Shown here: piece after piece, positions 1-8,311 of the stretch
How positions within the stretch are numbered: the stretch's first letter is position 1
How the letters are laid out: each line of letters starts with the position of its first letter
Source: an uncultured Gemmatimonadales bacterium
GTDB lineage: Bacteria; Gemmatimonadota; Gemmatimonadetes; Gemmatimonadales; GWC2-71-9
Length of the DNA: 64,000 bases
Direction: 5' to 3'
Assembly (NCBI GenBank): GCA_963779755.1
Contig: CAVZZO010000003.1
Span: 32,001-96,000, forward strand
Position numbers and translations under genes: made by a program
Notes under the pieces: model-generated
Databases searched by the model: none
Seen by the model: the letters and a program-made list of their open reading frames with translations, nothing else
Told to the model about the DNA's origin: nothing

Positions 1-209
1 CAGAGGTCGGCCCAATCGCCTTCCTTGACCCGCCGACGCATCAGCATAATGTCGCCCCGGCCCATGCCCTCCATGACCACGTGGGCGGGCGGGCTCCAGG
101 TCAGCCGCTCGAGGGCGCACTGGACCGCCTCATCGTCGGGCCACAGCTGCCCGGCCAGCTCCTGAAACATGGCGATGAGATCGGCATCCGGCTTATCGGT
201 CGACGACAA
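1..209 (-). CDS. Hypothetical element protein (3' end truncated by the window)
   Basis: Open frame with GC3-rich codons (MSSTDKPDADLIAMFQELAGQLWPDDEAV...), TTG start 7 nt after GGAG, overlapping the stop of the tape-measure-like gene; absent from the ORF track. Confidence 0.6.
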   Translation of the reverse strand, partial: MSSTDKPDADLIAMFQELAGQLWPDDEAVQCALERLTWSPPAHVVMEGMGRGDIMLMRRRVKEGDWADL

Positions 210-1671
210 GTGTGTACTCCCGTGTGCTGTCCAGCTCGCGCAGCATCCGCACGAACTCGTCGCGCTGGCGAGGGTCGCTGGTGTTGATGATGCCGCCCCC
301 GTGAATATGAACCACCGCCGTTCCTTGCCGCGACCCGCCCACGGCGGCCGACTGCTGGTTGCTGAGGCCCGTCCCCGTCCCGGCATTCCACCCGCTGGGC
401 TCCCGGAAGGCACCGGCGCTGGCGGTCCCGCGCCCGGCACCGCCCAACTGCTGCGCGATCCCGCCCAGGGCCGCCCCCAGCGCTACCAGGAGGGCGCCGG
501 CGGCGATGGCCGTGACGGGGTTGAGCGGGTTCGCCAGCGCCAATTTCAGGGCAATCCCGTAACTGATCAGCGTCTCGCCCATCTGGGTCATGATGCTGCC
601 GAGGCTGGCGAAGATCGTGGCCCCGAACGCCTTGAACACCCCGACCACCCCCTCGCCGGAGAAGGCCGCCGAGATGGTGTTGTAAACGACATCAGAGAGC
701 GCCTGGGCTAGCCCGGCGTTGAAGGTCTCCCGCATCGACTGCTCCAGCGCCTGGGAGGCCGCCAGGGAGATCCCGAAGACCTGCTGGTAGAGCTGTTCCG
801 TCGCCTTCGTCAGTTGGTCGGTGGTCGGGAGCAGGGAGCCGAGGAGTGGGCCAATGTCCGCAGGGACCCCGGGCCGCTGCGGCATGTGGACCTGGGTGAT
901 CCCCAGATACAGGGCATCGCCGGCGCTTTGAGAAAGCGCCTGGATGCGCTTCATGAGCGCTGGACTGATTTCCCCGCCGATATTGGGGTCGCCGAAGACG
1001 GCCGTTTCCAGTTTGGTCTGACCGGCCTTTGCCTGCTTGGTGGCGGCCGGGGGCGGGAACCGGGTCAACATCTGGCCGGTCAACTCGTTGAGCGCGCGCT
1101 CATAACGCGCGGCCCGCGCACGGAGATCGGCCAACTCCTGGTCGGAGAACGGCTGGAACTTTGTGACCGTTCCCTGCTGGGCCGTCGTGATGGTGACGGT
1201 GCGCCCGCCAGCGGCCAGCTGGGCCTTCACCGCCTTGGCCTGCTTGGCTATGTCATCGAAATTCTGCGCGATGTCGATCCCGAGTCGCGCATCGGCTGCC
1301 TTGTTCAGGGACTCGACCAGTTTGTCCGTTTCCTCCCGCGCCTTGATGATCTCCGGCTGGAAATGTTTCCAGACGGCGGTCAGGACGGCGACACCGGCCG
1401 CGACCCCAAGCACCAGAGTCGAGCCGCCGGCGAACAGGAGCAGCCCTTCGGCCAGTTTCGACTGGGCCCCCGTCAGGCCAATCGCTTCACGGGCCAGCCC
1501 TTCAAACCCGAACTTGAGTTTGGTGGCGCCTTCCAGGCTGAACCGGCCGAAGGCCGCGTCGGTCTCCCCCGCCACGACCGCCGTTTTCCGCATACTCGCC
1601 TGCACCTGGTCCGCGACACGCGAGGCCAGGTCCTGGGCGGTATAGGTGACGCTGACATCGTTCTGCGGCAT
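193..1671 (-). CDS. Short tape-measure-like protein (492 aa)
   Basis: N-terminal 'VSVTYTAQDLASR' like TMP starts, Ala/Gly-rich helical body, two hydrophobic Gly-rich segments, TMP-like C-terminus 'AVVHIHGGGII'; SD AAGGAG. Confidence 0.7.
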   Translation of the reverse strand: MPQNDVSVTYTAQDLASRVADQVQASMRKTAVVAGETDAAFGRFSLEGATKLKFGFEGLAREAIGLTGAQSKLAEGLLLFAGGSTLVLGVAAGVAVLTAVWKHFQPEIIKAREETDKLVESLNKAADARLGIDIAQNFDDIAKQAKAVKAQLAAGGRTVTITTAQQGTVTKFQPFSDQELADLRARAARYERALNELTGQMLTRFPPPAATKQAKAGQTKLETAVFGDPNIGGEISPALMKRIQALSQSAGDALYLGITQVHMPQRPGVPADIGPLLGSLLPTTDQLTKATEQLYQQVFGISLAASQALEQSMRETFNAGLAQALSDVVYNTISAAFSGEGVVGVFKAFGATIFASLGSIMTQMGETLISYGIALKLALANPLNPVTAIAAGALLVALGAALGGIAQQLGGAGRGTASAGAFREPSGWNAGTGTGLSNQQSAAVGGSRQGTAVVHIHGGGIINTSDPRQRDEFVRMLRELDSTREYTLVVDR

Positions 1672-1796
1672 GCGTGGGCTCCTTCAGCCCGGGCCCGCGG
1701 GGGGAGGGTGGCCCGTCGCGTCCGTCCCTTCGCGATGTGGCCCTGGCGGTGAGGAGAAATCCTGAGGAGCTGGACCGGACGGCACCGCCTGAGATT

Positions 1797-3591
1797 CTAC
1801 GTCAGGGCATCCGCCGTGTAGGCGAAGGCCTTGGGCAGCCGGATGCCCACGTCGACCATCGCATGCACGATGATGCGGATCATCTCTGGTCGGCGTGGGT
1901 GTACGGATCGACCGTGAGATCGATGGCGCTGCCGAACTCTCCGATCAGGATCTGGCTCAGTTCCCGAAGAAGATTTCGTGACAGATCGTGGTCGAGGTGC
2001 TCTTGGTGAGGTTGGACCTGGCCTGGTTGCTGACGACGGCCGCATAGCCGTTCATGCGGTTGTCGTTCTCCCAGATGAACAGGCTGCCGCTGGCGGTGCT
2101 GCGCAAAGTTTGCTTCATGGCGGAGCGGATGCCCGGGGTGGTCAGGAAGGCCATAGTCCCGATATCGCCGTTGGCGGCGGCGATCTGGATCTCATAGTTC
2201 ACGATGTTTGCCCAGCTCGGCACCGCGCCGTCGGCCCCCATCGTCACGGCGATGACCCGGTCTGACTGGCCACGCCCTTGGGCTGGTTCGCGCGCCGGTG
2301 CCAGAGAGGGCGGCCAGGTCGATCCCTTCGGCCGCCACGGACATCAAGTCGTTGATGATCAACTGATCGATGGATGGGTAGAACTGAATGAACGTCTGCT
2401 TGGAATAGCGCGCTGCACTCATGGCGGTTTTGGGGCTGAGCGTGACGTTGTCGAACGTGGCCGCTATCAGTGAGATGGGATGGACGGATTTTCGCCGACC
2501 CAGCTGAACGTGTTGGTAGTGATCTGCCGGGGATACTGAGGTTGTTGCGGAGGCCGGTGAGCACGGTGGCGCCGAGCTGGCGCTCACCATCGGTTGCGCA
2601 GGATCTCGATCAGTCGGCCAGCACGTTCGTCTGCACGCCCGCGCCGCCCAGCGAGCTGGTGCCGGCCACGTTGCCGATCACGGCGGCCCGGACCGAGGTT
2701 GAGCGGCATGTAGAAGCGATCGGCGCCGACTCGGCCCTGCTGGCTAAGGATGGTTTCGCGCACTCGCGCTCGAAGCCGGCGTGGCGCCAGTGCCCGTCGC
2801 CGGGCCATGAGCGCCCGGCTGATGGAGTAGTGCCGTTGCTTGCGGGGGGAGAAATCGACGTGGCCGCCGGCCGCAGTTGAGTGGCTCCGATCGCGTCCGC
2901 TCCATGCCCGGCGCACCTCGGCTCGATCTCCTCGACGCTGGATGCCGCTGAGCCAGGCAGGGAGATCGGCCTCCCGCTGCGAGACCGAGGCGATGAATGC
3001 CAGCCTCGGCAGCGTTCGCGTAGGGATTCTCGCCCACAAATCCACGCCCTTCACTGGACCCGCTCATGATGGCCTCGTTTCGTGTGAGACTGCGCCCGAC
3101 ACCGACGCTATCATCGGCCGGGATTGGAACGCTGGAGACCTCCAACGGCGTCCATGCGTAAACGGAGTGGGAATGCCGTCCGGGCCCTCGACGGTGGTAT
3201 AAGTCGCCGGTGGATAGCCCACCGAGACTTTCTTGCGTATGCCGTCCCGCATGTCCGTCGCGACCCAACTCGAATCGGGGTGAGTCGCCCAGCGCAGGAT
3301 GCCTCGGAACTTGCGATCCATTTCGAGGGTGATGTTCTCGATGAAACCGAACTGCGTCGCGAGTTGTGATTCAACAGGAAGGGGAAGCCGTCGCTGGCGC
3401 GGCTCAAATTGATGTCGGCGGGATTGTGAGAGAGAACTTCTGGTAGATACGGCCGGTGGCCCAGTCCGGCGCTCGACCGGCGTCTCGCTCGAGAAGGCAA
3501 TGTCAAGCGAATTGTCGCGGCGGCCTCGCGCGTCGGTTACGAGCTCGACCGCACGGAGCGGATCGCCGGCGCCCGCGTGCTTTGCGGCCAC
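1797..3591 (-). pseudogene. HK97-type prohead protease-major capsid protein (fused or coupled), broken by about ten frameshifts (real or assembly error)
   Basis: Protease motifs DIAFSSETPVER, EVLSH, FLLNHN, GIRKKVSVGY, WTPLEVSSVPIPAD, GVGRS; capsid motifs FDNVTLSPK, IDLAALSGTG, NQPKG, NGYAAVVSNQ, IFFGN, DLTVDPYT, DVGIRLPKAF, spread across all three frames. Confidence 0.85.
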
Positions 3592-3624
3592 TCGCCCTCC
3601 TCAGGTAGTTTCCACCGTTTGCCT

Positions 3625-3680
3625 GAAATACCGCGCCGCGGCGAATTGGTGCAACGGTTTTATTGAGGCTTTTTTCAGCC
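3625..3680 (-). promoter_or_regulatory. Possible promoter for the capsid operon
   Basis: Locally AT-rich tract, then TTGCAC-N18-TATTTC upstream of the GAGGAG SD and GTG start at 3591. Confidence 0.3.
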
Positions 3681-3699
3681 GGAATCCCCGGATTCGGGC

Positions 3700-4035
3700 G
3701 GTGTTTCTCCGGTATTTGGCTCTGGGAGCCGCGCAACGCTTGACCCGTCAGGTTCTGGCGCAATTCGGCCTGGTCGAACGCCTGGACCAGGGAGGCGGCC
3801 ACGGCCGCCCGGGCCGGCTCGCCCTGGTGCGCCGCGGCGCGGCTTCGCCTGCAGCTCACGCCGGAGGTGTAGGCGGCCGCCAGCGAGCGCGAGCGCGCGC
3901 TGGGCGAACGCGAACATCTCGGGATACTCCTGCAGGAAACTGGCGTGTTGCTCCAGGCTTGGGTCAATACACCGCCGGGGGGCACTGCGGGCGAGCCGTT
4001 GTCGTTGAACTCCAGGTCGCGCGATGCGTACTCAT
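3700..4035 (-). pseudogene. Frameshifted hypothetical gene
   Basis: SD-preceded ATG near 4035 and coding-like fragments in several frames; boundaries approximate. Confidence 0.3.
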
Positions 4036-4367
4036 GGCTCCCCTCCAAGGCGCGTTGAATGAGCCGGATGGTCGGAAGGTGCAGAGGTCGCTCGGGATGA
4101 CCCGGAGCAGCCGCCAGCCATAGCAGGCCAGGGTGTTGTACTTCTCGAGGTCGTTCAGAAACCCGGTGATGCTCACGTGACGGCCCCGCCGGCGGCCCCC
4201 GTCCCGCTGGCGTGAGGCGAACACGCCGCCCTCCACCTCCAGGGCGAGCCGGTGCGCCGGCCAGGCGTAATCCAGCCGCCAGCGCCGCGACGAGTGAAGC
4301 GGTACTCGCGCTGGGGCGCGGGTAGGCCCTGAGTCACGCAGAGGGGGCCGAACAGCGGGTCCGTCAT
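4030..4367 (-). pseudogene. Phage-type PD-(D/E)XK (DUF559/Vsr-like) endonuclease, frameshifted
   Basis: Reconstructed EYRF-H..RRWRLDYAWP..RLALEVEGG...GRH...GFLNDLEKYN..GWRLLRV; adding one C at ~4297 joins the frames; 3' end approximate. Confidence 0.75.
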
Positions 4368-4377
4368 GGCTCCTCCC

Positions 4378-4572
4378 TCACGGTTCCCACCGGGGAGGCG
4401 GGTTGGCCGGGCGGCCCGTCCGGCAACAGTTGGGGCAGCGCCGGGTGTTCCGGTTACGCGGGGTGAACTCCTGCGAGCAGGCCTGGCACAGGCGGGGGCG
4501 ACGGCCCATCCGCAGGCTGGCGGCCCTGGCCCGGTCCCGCGCAGCCGCGCTCACGCCTCCGGCCAGGGTCAA
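4378..4572 (-). CDS. Small Zn-finger protein
   Basis: CQAC...CPNC pairs; start overlaps the stop of the upstream gene. Confidence 0.6.
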   Translation of the reverse strand: MTLAGGVSAAARDRARAASLRMGRRPRLCQACSQEFTPRNRNTRRCPNCCRTGRPANPPPRWEP

Positions 4573-4802
4573 CTCCCATATCGCTGGCTCGGTGGGCCTG
4601 TCCCACTGTGCGAGCTGAGCGCCATGAGCAAGCCGGCTTCCAGCGCTTCCGCCAACATTCCGACATACTCTCCGAGGCCGCGGTAGAGGACCATGGGTTC
4701 CGGATGACCCGGCTTGACGGCGACCAGGTCGCCCGGCAGGGCATGTAGAGCAGGGATGGCATGGAGCACGCGGAAGACCGTCGTCCCACTCTCGTTTGTC
4801 AT
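4569..4802 (-). CDS. Hypothetical protein (77 aa)
   Basis: GGGAGG SD before ATG (MTNESG...); coding-like codon usage. Confidence 0.6.
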   Translation of the reverse strand: MTNESGTTVFRVLHAIPALHALPGDLVAVKPGHPEPMVLYRGLGEYVGMLAEALEAGLLMALSSHSGTGPPSQRYGS

Positions 4803-4976
4803 TGCCAGCCTCCCGATTTGCAGGGCAAAGTGTCCACTATTTGGAACAGGAAGTCGCATGCTGAAAACTCAGCGCTAGTGAATGATCGGGCGCTTCAGCG
4901 ACCCCCGGCCACCCCCCGTCAGGAGGACCCGAACACCTATATGACAACGTGTTAGCGAATTGCGATGCGAACCTGC

Positions 4977-5282
4977 TCATCGGGACCGCCAGGCGCTGAG
5001 GTCGGCCGCCCCACCGCGAGCCGCCTCCTGAAAGGCTTTGAGGCCAGCCGGCGGGACGCGCCACTCCCGGTTGTGCAACCGATAGGCGCCCGGGAAGCGG
5101 CTCTCGGCGCACCAGGAGCGGATGGTGCTGGCTTTCCGGCCGAGCCGGGCGGCTATCTCGGGGCAGGTGAGGTCGCCCTGGACCTGTGCGGGCTGGGCGA
5201 CGTCGTTCTCCAGCCAGCTGCGGGGAACGCTCACCAGGTCGGACGTGGTGGAGTCCAGGTAGGCGCGGAGGTGCGGGTTCAT
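4977..5282 (-). CDS. MerR/HTH_17 excisionase-like DNA-binding protein
   Basis: DLTCPEIAARLGRKASTIRSWC...FPGAYRL...WRVP; ATGA overlap with the helicase stop. Confidence 0.8.
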   Translation of the reverse strand: MNPHLRAYLDSTTSDLVSVPRSWLENDVAQPAQVQGDLTCPEIAARLGRKASTIRSWCAESRFPGAYRLHNREWRVPPAGLKAFQEAARGGAADLSAWRSR

Positions 5283-6562
5283 GGGGCCGCCTCCCATGCG
5301 TCTCCGCGGTCCGCAGACTGAACCTTCGGCAGGGTTGAACCCTGCCCGGCTGCTGAATCCGGTTCGGGTCTCCCCTTTACACTTTCAGTGTAAAGGGGAG
5401 TTGAACCCTGAACCTTGGGATTCCACGGTTCACCTGAACCCTCGCTGAACCTTGGCCGAACGCTTGAACCTTCGGGGCTCGGGAGGGCGGCGGCGATGCC
5501 CGGGCCGGTGATCCGATAGGGGCCGGCGCCGGTCCGGCCGGAGCCATCGGACCCGACGTAGCCAAGGTCCAGGAGCCGGCGCCGTGCCTTGCTCAGGCTG
5601 CCTTTGCTGATTTCGGCGACCTCGGCCCACCGGCTCCAGGTCAGGGCCTCGTCGTTGTGGCGATACAGCGCGGCGAGGGCGGCCCGTTCGCTCGGCGTAA
5701 GGTTCGTGGGATCCGGGACGGTCCAGTCGCCCGGAGGCCGGACCAGGGTAAGCCGGGCCGAGTGCCACGTCCCCCCGGCGGCGTCGATCTCGTACCGGAT
5801 CTCACGCGGGGCCGGGCGCTCGGCCCGGGATAGCTTCTCCGTCGTGAGCCACAGCGCCCCATCTCGCGTCTCGGTGGTGAAGACCCCGCGTGCGGCCGCT
5901 GCCCAGGCGGACGCGCCCCGCACCTGGTCGAGTCGGCCGCGTCCGTCTTTCGGCTTTCCGAAGTGGGCACAGGTGAGCGTGGCGCAGCCTAGAGCCGTCA
6001 ACTGCCGCCAGAACTGCACCACCGGACGCGCCTCGGTGTTGGAATCCTCGTTCCCGCCCAGCATTTCCGCTAGCGGATCAAAAACGCACAGGCGAGCCCC
6101 CAGACGCTGGATTTCCGCGCGCAGGTGGAGCTGCCACCGCAGATCGTCGAGCCGGCACCCCGCCAGGGCCAACAGGTGTAGCCGGCTGAGGACGCGCTCG
6201 CGCTCCCATCCGTGGCCCTGAATGAGTGCCGCCACCCGGTTCTGGATGACCGATTGCCCGTCTTCTTCACTCACGATGAGGACCGGGGCCGCCGCGGCAA
6301 CGGCGAAACCGTCCAGTACGGCATAGCCGCCGGCGAGCGCTGCCGCGGTCGCGAGCGCAAGGGTGGTCTTGTACCCCCCGGTCGGGCCCGAGAGCACGGT
6401 CGGTTCATCGGCCAAGAGGAAACCATCCACCAGCCATGCGATGGGCTCGGGGTCCCCGGCGTTCAGCAAACACACCGAGGCCGGGAGCGCGCCGGAGTCC
6501 TCTCCATTGGCCGATGTGCGCTCGACAAGGAACTCCGCGGCCAGAAGGTCGGCGCCCGTCAT
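5279..6562 (-). CDS. AAA_25/RepA-type replicative helicase with C-terminal winged HTH
   Basis: WLVDGFL, Walker A GPTGGYKT, LIVSEED, Walker B LCVFDP, CAHFGK, RGASAW; C-terminal HTH 'ISKGSLSKARRRLLDLGYV'. Confidence 0.85.
   Translation of the reverse strand: MTGADLLAAEFLVERTSANGEDSGALPASVCLLNAGDPEPIAWLVDGFLLADEPTVLSGPTGGYKTTLALATAAALAGGYAVLDGFAVAAAAPVLIVSEEDGQSVIQNRVAALIQGHGWERERVLSRLHLLALAGCRLDDLRWQLHLRAEIQRLGARLCVFDPLAEMLGGNEDSNTEARPVVQFWRQLTALGCATLTCAHFGKPKDGRGRLDQVRGASAWAAAARGVFTTETRDGALWLTTEKLSRAERPAPREIRYEIDAAGGTWHSARLTLVRPPGDWTVPDPTNLTPSERAALAALYRHNDEALTWSRWAEVAEISKGSLSKARRRLLDLGYVGSDGSGRTGAGPYRITGPGIAAALPSPEGSSVRPRFSEGSGEPWNPKVQGSTPLYTESVKGRPEPDSAAGQGSTLPKVQSADRGDAWEAAP
5319..5470. repeat. 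Iteron-like TGAACC repeats around a 14-bp palindrome (candidate replication origin)
   Basis: TGAACC at 5319, 5336, 5402, 5409, 5435, 5446 and 5465; inverted copy at 5427; CTCCCCTTTACACT-ttc-AGTGTAAAGGGGAG at 5370-5400. Confidence 0.75.
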
Positions 6563-6957
6563 GCGTCCCGCTCCTGAATAGCACGCCAGGTCGTGTCGGC
6601 CCGGCGCGAGTTCCATTCCCGGGCCGGGATCCGGACCAGCCGACGCGCGAGGTTTGCCAGGTCCGGGGCGGTGGTGGCCTGCTGCAGGATCTGTTCGGCC
6701 ACCTGCACCCGGCGCTCGTGTTCGCTGAATCCCTCCAGCTGCTCCCAGGAACCCGCCGCGAGGTTGGGAAGTCGAGAGTACTCACCTTCGAGCAGCGCGG
6801 CGGACCAGCAGGCGAGCCACCAGAGCCGATCGCGCTTCCCCGGCGCGGTACGCTCCCGAGCATGCCACCGGGCGAGAATGGCCCGCGCGAGGTGCGCAGG
6901 AGCCTCCTGCTTCTTCCCCGTCCGTGGCCGGTGGCGTGTCGCGATTTGTGGAGGCAT
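6559..6957 (-). CDS. Hypothetical protein (132 aa)
   Basis: ORF whose stop overlaps the helicase ATG (ATGA). Confidence 0.6.
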   Translation of the reverse strand: MPPQIATRHRPRTGKKQEAPAHLARAILARWHARERTAPGKRDRLWWLACWSAALLEGEYSRLPNLAAGSWEQLEGFSEHERRVQVAEQILQQATTAPDLANLARRLVRIPAREWNSRRADTTWRAIQERDA

Positions 6958-6966
6958 CGCCGGGGC

Positions 6967-7326
6967 TCAGCCGCGCCCGCCGGCCGCATCCGCGTCGGCG
7001 AGCTTGTGTAGGGCACTGACGTGAATGACGAGCTGCCCGAGGAATTCAACCGGCAGCAGCCAGCCGCCGCCGGTCGGGCGGAAGGCGTCGGAGGAAAACT
7101 CCTGGGGCGACTTCCGCCACAATCGCGCATCGAGAGCCCGCTGCTCCGGAAACCTCGGGTTGGGTATGATGACCAGCCGAAGCTCAAGATCCTCGGTCAG
7201 CGCGATGCGCTTGCGAAGGCCCGGCTCCAGCGGCGAGTAGAACTCCCGCAGCAGCTCACGCGCTTCGCGGTCGCCCGCTGACCCCTGGCCCGCCCCCCGG
7301 GCGGCTCGGTCCTGCCGGGCGGTCAT
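6967..7326 (-). CDS. PC4/YdbC-like ssDNA-binding protein
   Basis: LDARLW...FRPTGGGWLLPVE..L resembles the PC4 'xDIRxW...PTKKGIxL' pattern; ATGA overlap with the upstream HTH gene. Confidence 0.6.
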   Translation of the reverse strand: MTARQDRAARGAGQGSAGDREARELLREFYSPLEPGLRKRIALTEDLELRLVIIPNPRFPEQRALDARLWRKSPQEFSSDAFRPTGGGWLLPVEFLGQLVIHVSALHKLADADAAGGRG

Positions 7327-7514
7327 GAGGCCGGAGCTCCTTCCCGCTCTCGCTCTACTCGCCGCAATGACGCGAGGGCCACCGTCCACCGCCCCTCCCG
7401 CCGCTCGCCCTCCAGTCGACCCGTGAGCACCCACCGATGCGCGGTGTGATACGGCACGCGCAATCGGGCTGCTGCTTCCACCAGCGTCACCGTTTCCGTC
7501 ATTCCAGTTTCCAT
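7323..7514 (-). CDS. AlpA/Xis-like HTH protein
   Basis: VTLVEAAARLRVPYHTAHRWVLTGRLEG...GRWTV; divergent from the repressor; alternative start at 7502. Confidence 0.8.
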   Translation of the reverse strand: METGMTETVTLVEAAARLRVPYHTAHRWVLTGRLEGERREGRWTVALASLRRVEREREGAPAS

Positions 7515-7532
7515 CTTGCGCCCCCAGGAGAG

Positions 7533-7552
7533 TCCTTGTAGTGTTACAAGGA
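7533..7552. promoter_or_regulatory. Candidate repressor operator
   Basis: Perfect inverted repeat TCCTTGTA-gtgt-TACAAGGA between the divergent HTH genes. Confidence 0.6.
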
Positions 7553-7612
7553 ACAAACAACAACTTAGGCCCTCACCCGGGCGGGCAAAAGACCCCGGAG
7601 CACAGACTCGTA

Positions 7613-8311
7613 ATGGCAACAAGGAAACGGCGGACGAGGTACGGACGGGAGCGCGTCCCGGTTGTGGCGGACCGGCTCAATGCCGCGATCCGTTTACGGG
7701 GGCTCAGCGTCAACGGGCTGGCGAAGGCGGCCGGGATTCAGCAAGCTACGGTCGACCTCGTTGTGCGCGGCGTCTCCCGCAAGACTCAAGAGGACCGGCT
7801 CGCCCGGATTGCGGACGTGCTCCAGGTTCCCTTTGAATGGCTCACCGGGGAGTGGCGGTTGCTTCCCCATGCGTTCTACCCCAAGGACGTTGTTGACGGG
7901 CAGAAAGAGCCGACACTGCCCTCGCTGGAACAACTGGTCGAGCACGACTTCAATAGCCGCTGTGCCGGAGCGGTCGCGCGAGACTGGCCAAAGGATGACC
8001 AGGCTTGGTTGCTCGAAGCAGTCCTCCAAACGCTGATTGCCCCTGGTAGCTGGCGCCACCTGTTAGTCAGATCCCGTCCAAACCCGACTCCGCGTGTTCG
8101 CCGACGACCCTCCGCAGAGGAAGTCAGTCGCCTGAATCAGGAGGCTGCAGAGCGAGAACGCCAAGCAATGATGTGCCTGTCGAAGGCGTTCCAGATCATC
8201 CTCGGCCCATGGCTCAAGGGGGATGCCGCGTTGGACGTGCGGGCTCTTCAACGTCTCAAAAATCGTCAGACTTCGCCGAGCCGAACACCAGAACCAAAGG
8301 AGCAACGATGA
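7613..8311 (+). CDS. XRE-family (CI/Stl-like) repressor
   Basis: RLNAAIRLRGLSVNGLAKAAGIQQATV...LARIADVLQVPFEWLTGE; stop overlaps the integrase ATG. Confidence 0.8.
   Translation: MATRKRRTRYGRERVPVVADRLNAAIRLRGLSVNGLAKAAGIQQATVDLVVRGVSRKTQEDRLARIADVLQVPFEWLTGEWRLLPHAFYPKDVVDGQKEPTLPSLEQLVEHDFNSRCAGAVARDWPKDDQAWLLEAVLQTLIAPGSWRHLLVRSRPNPTPRVRRRPSAEEVSRLNQEAAERERQAMMCLSKAFQIILGPWLKGDAALDVRALQRLKNRQTSPSRTPEPKEQR

Noticed and set aside
4030..4367. Nuclease as an anti-phage defence gene or terminase subunit
   Set aside because: Motifs match a common small phage PD-(D/E)XK family; no ATPase, HNH or defence-system context supports either role
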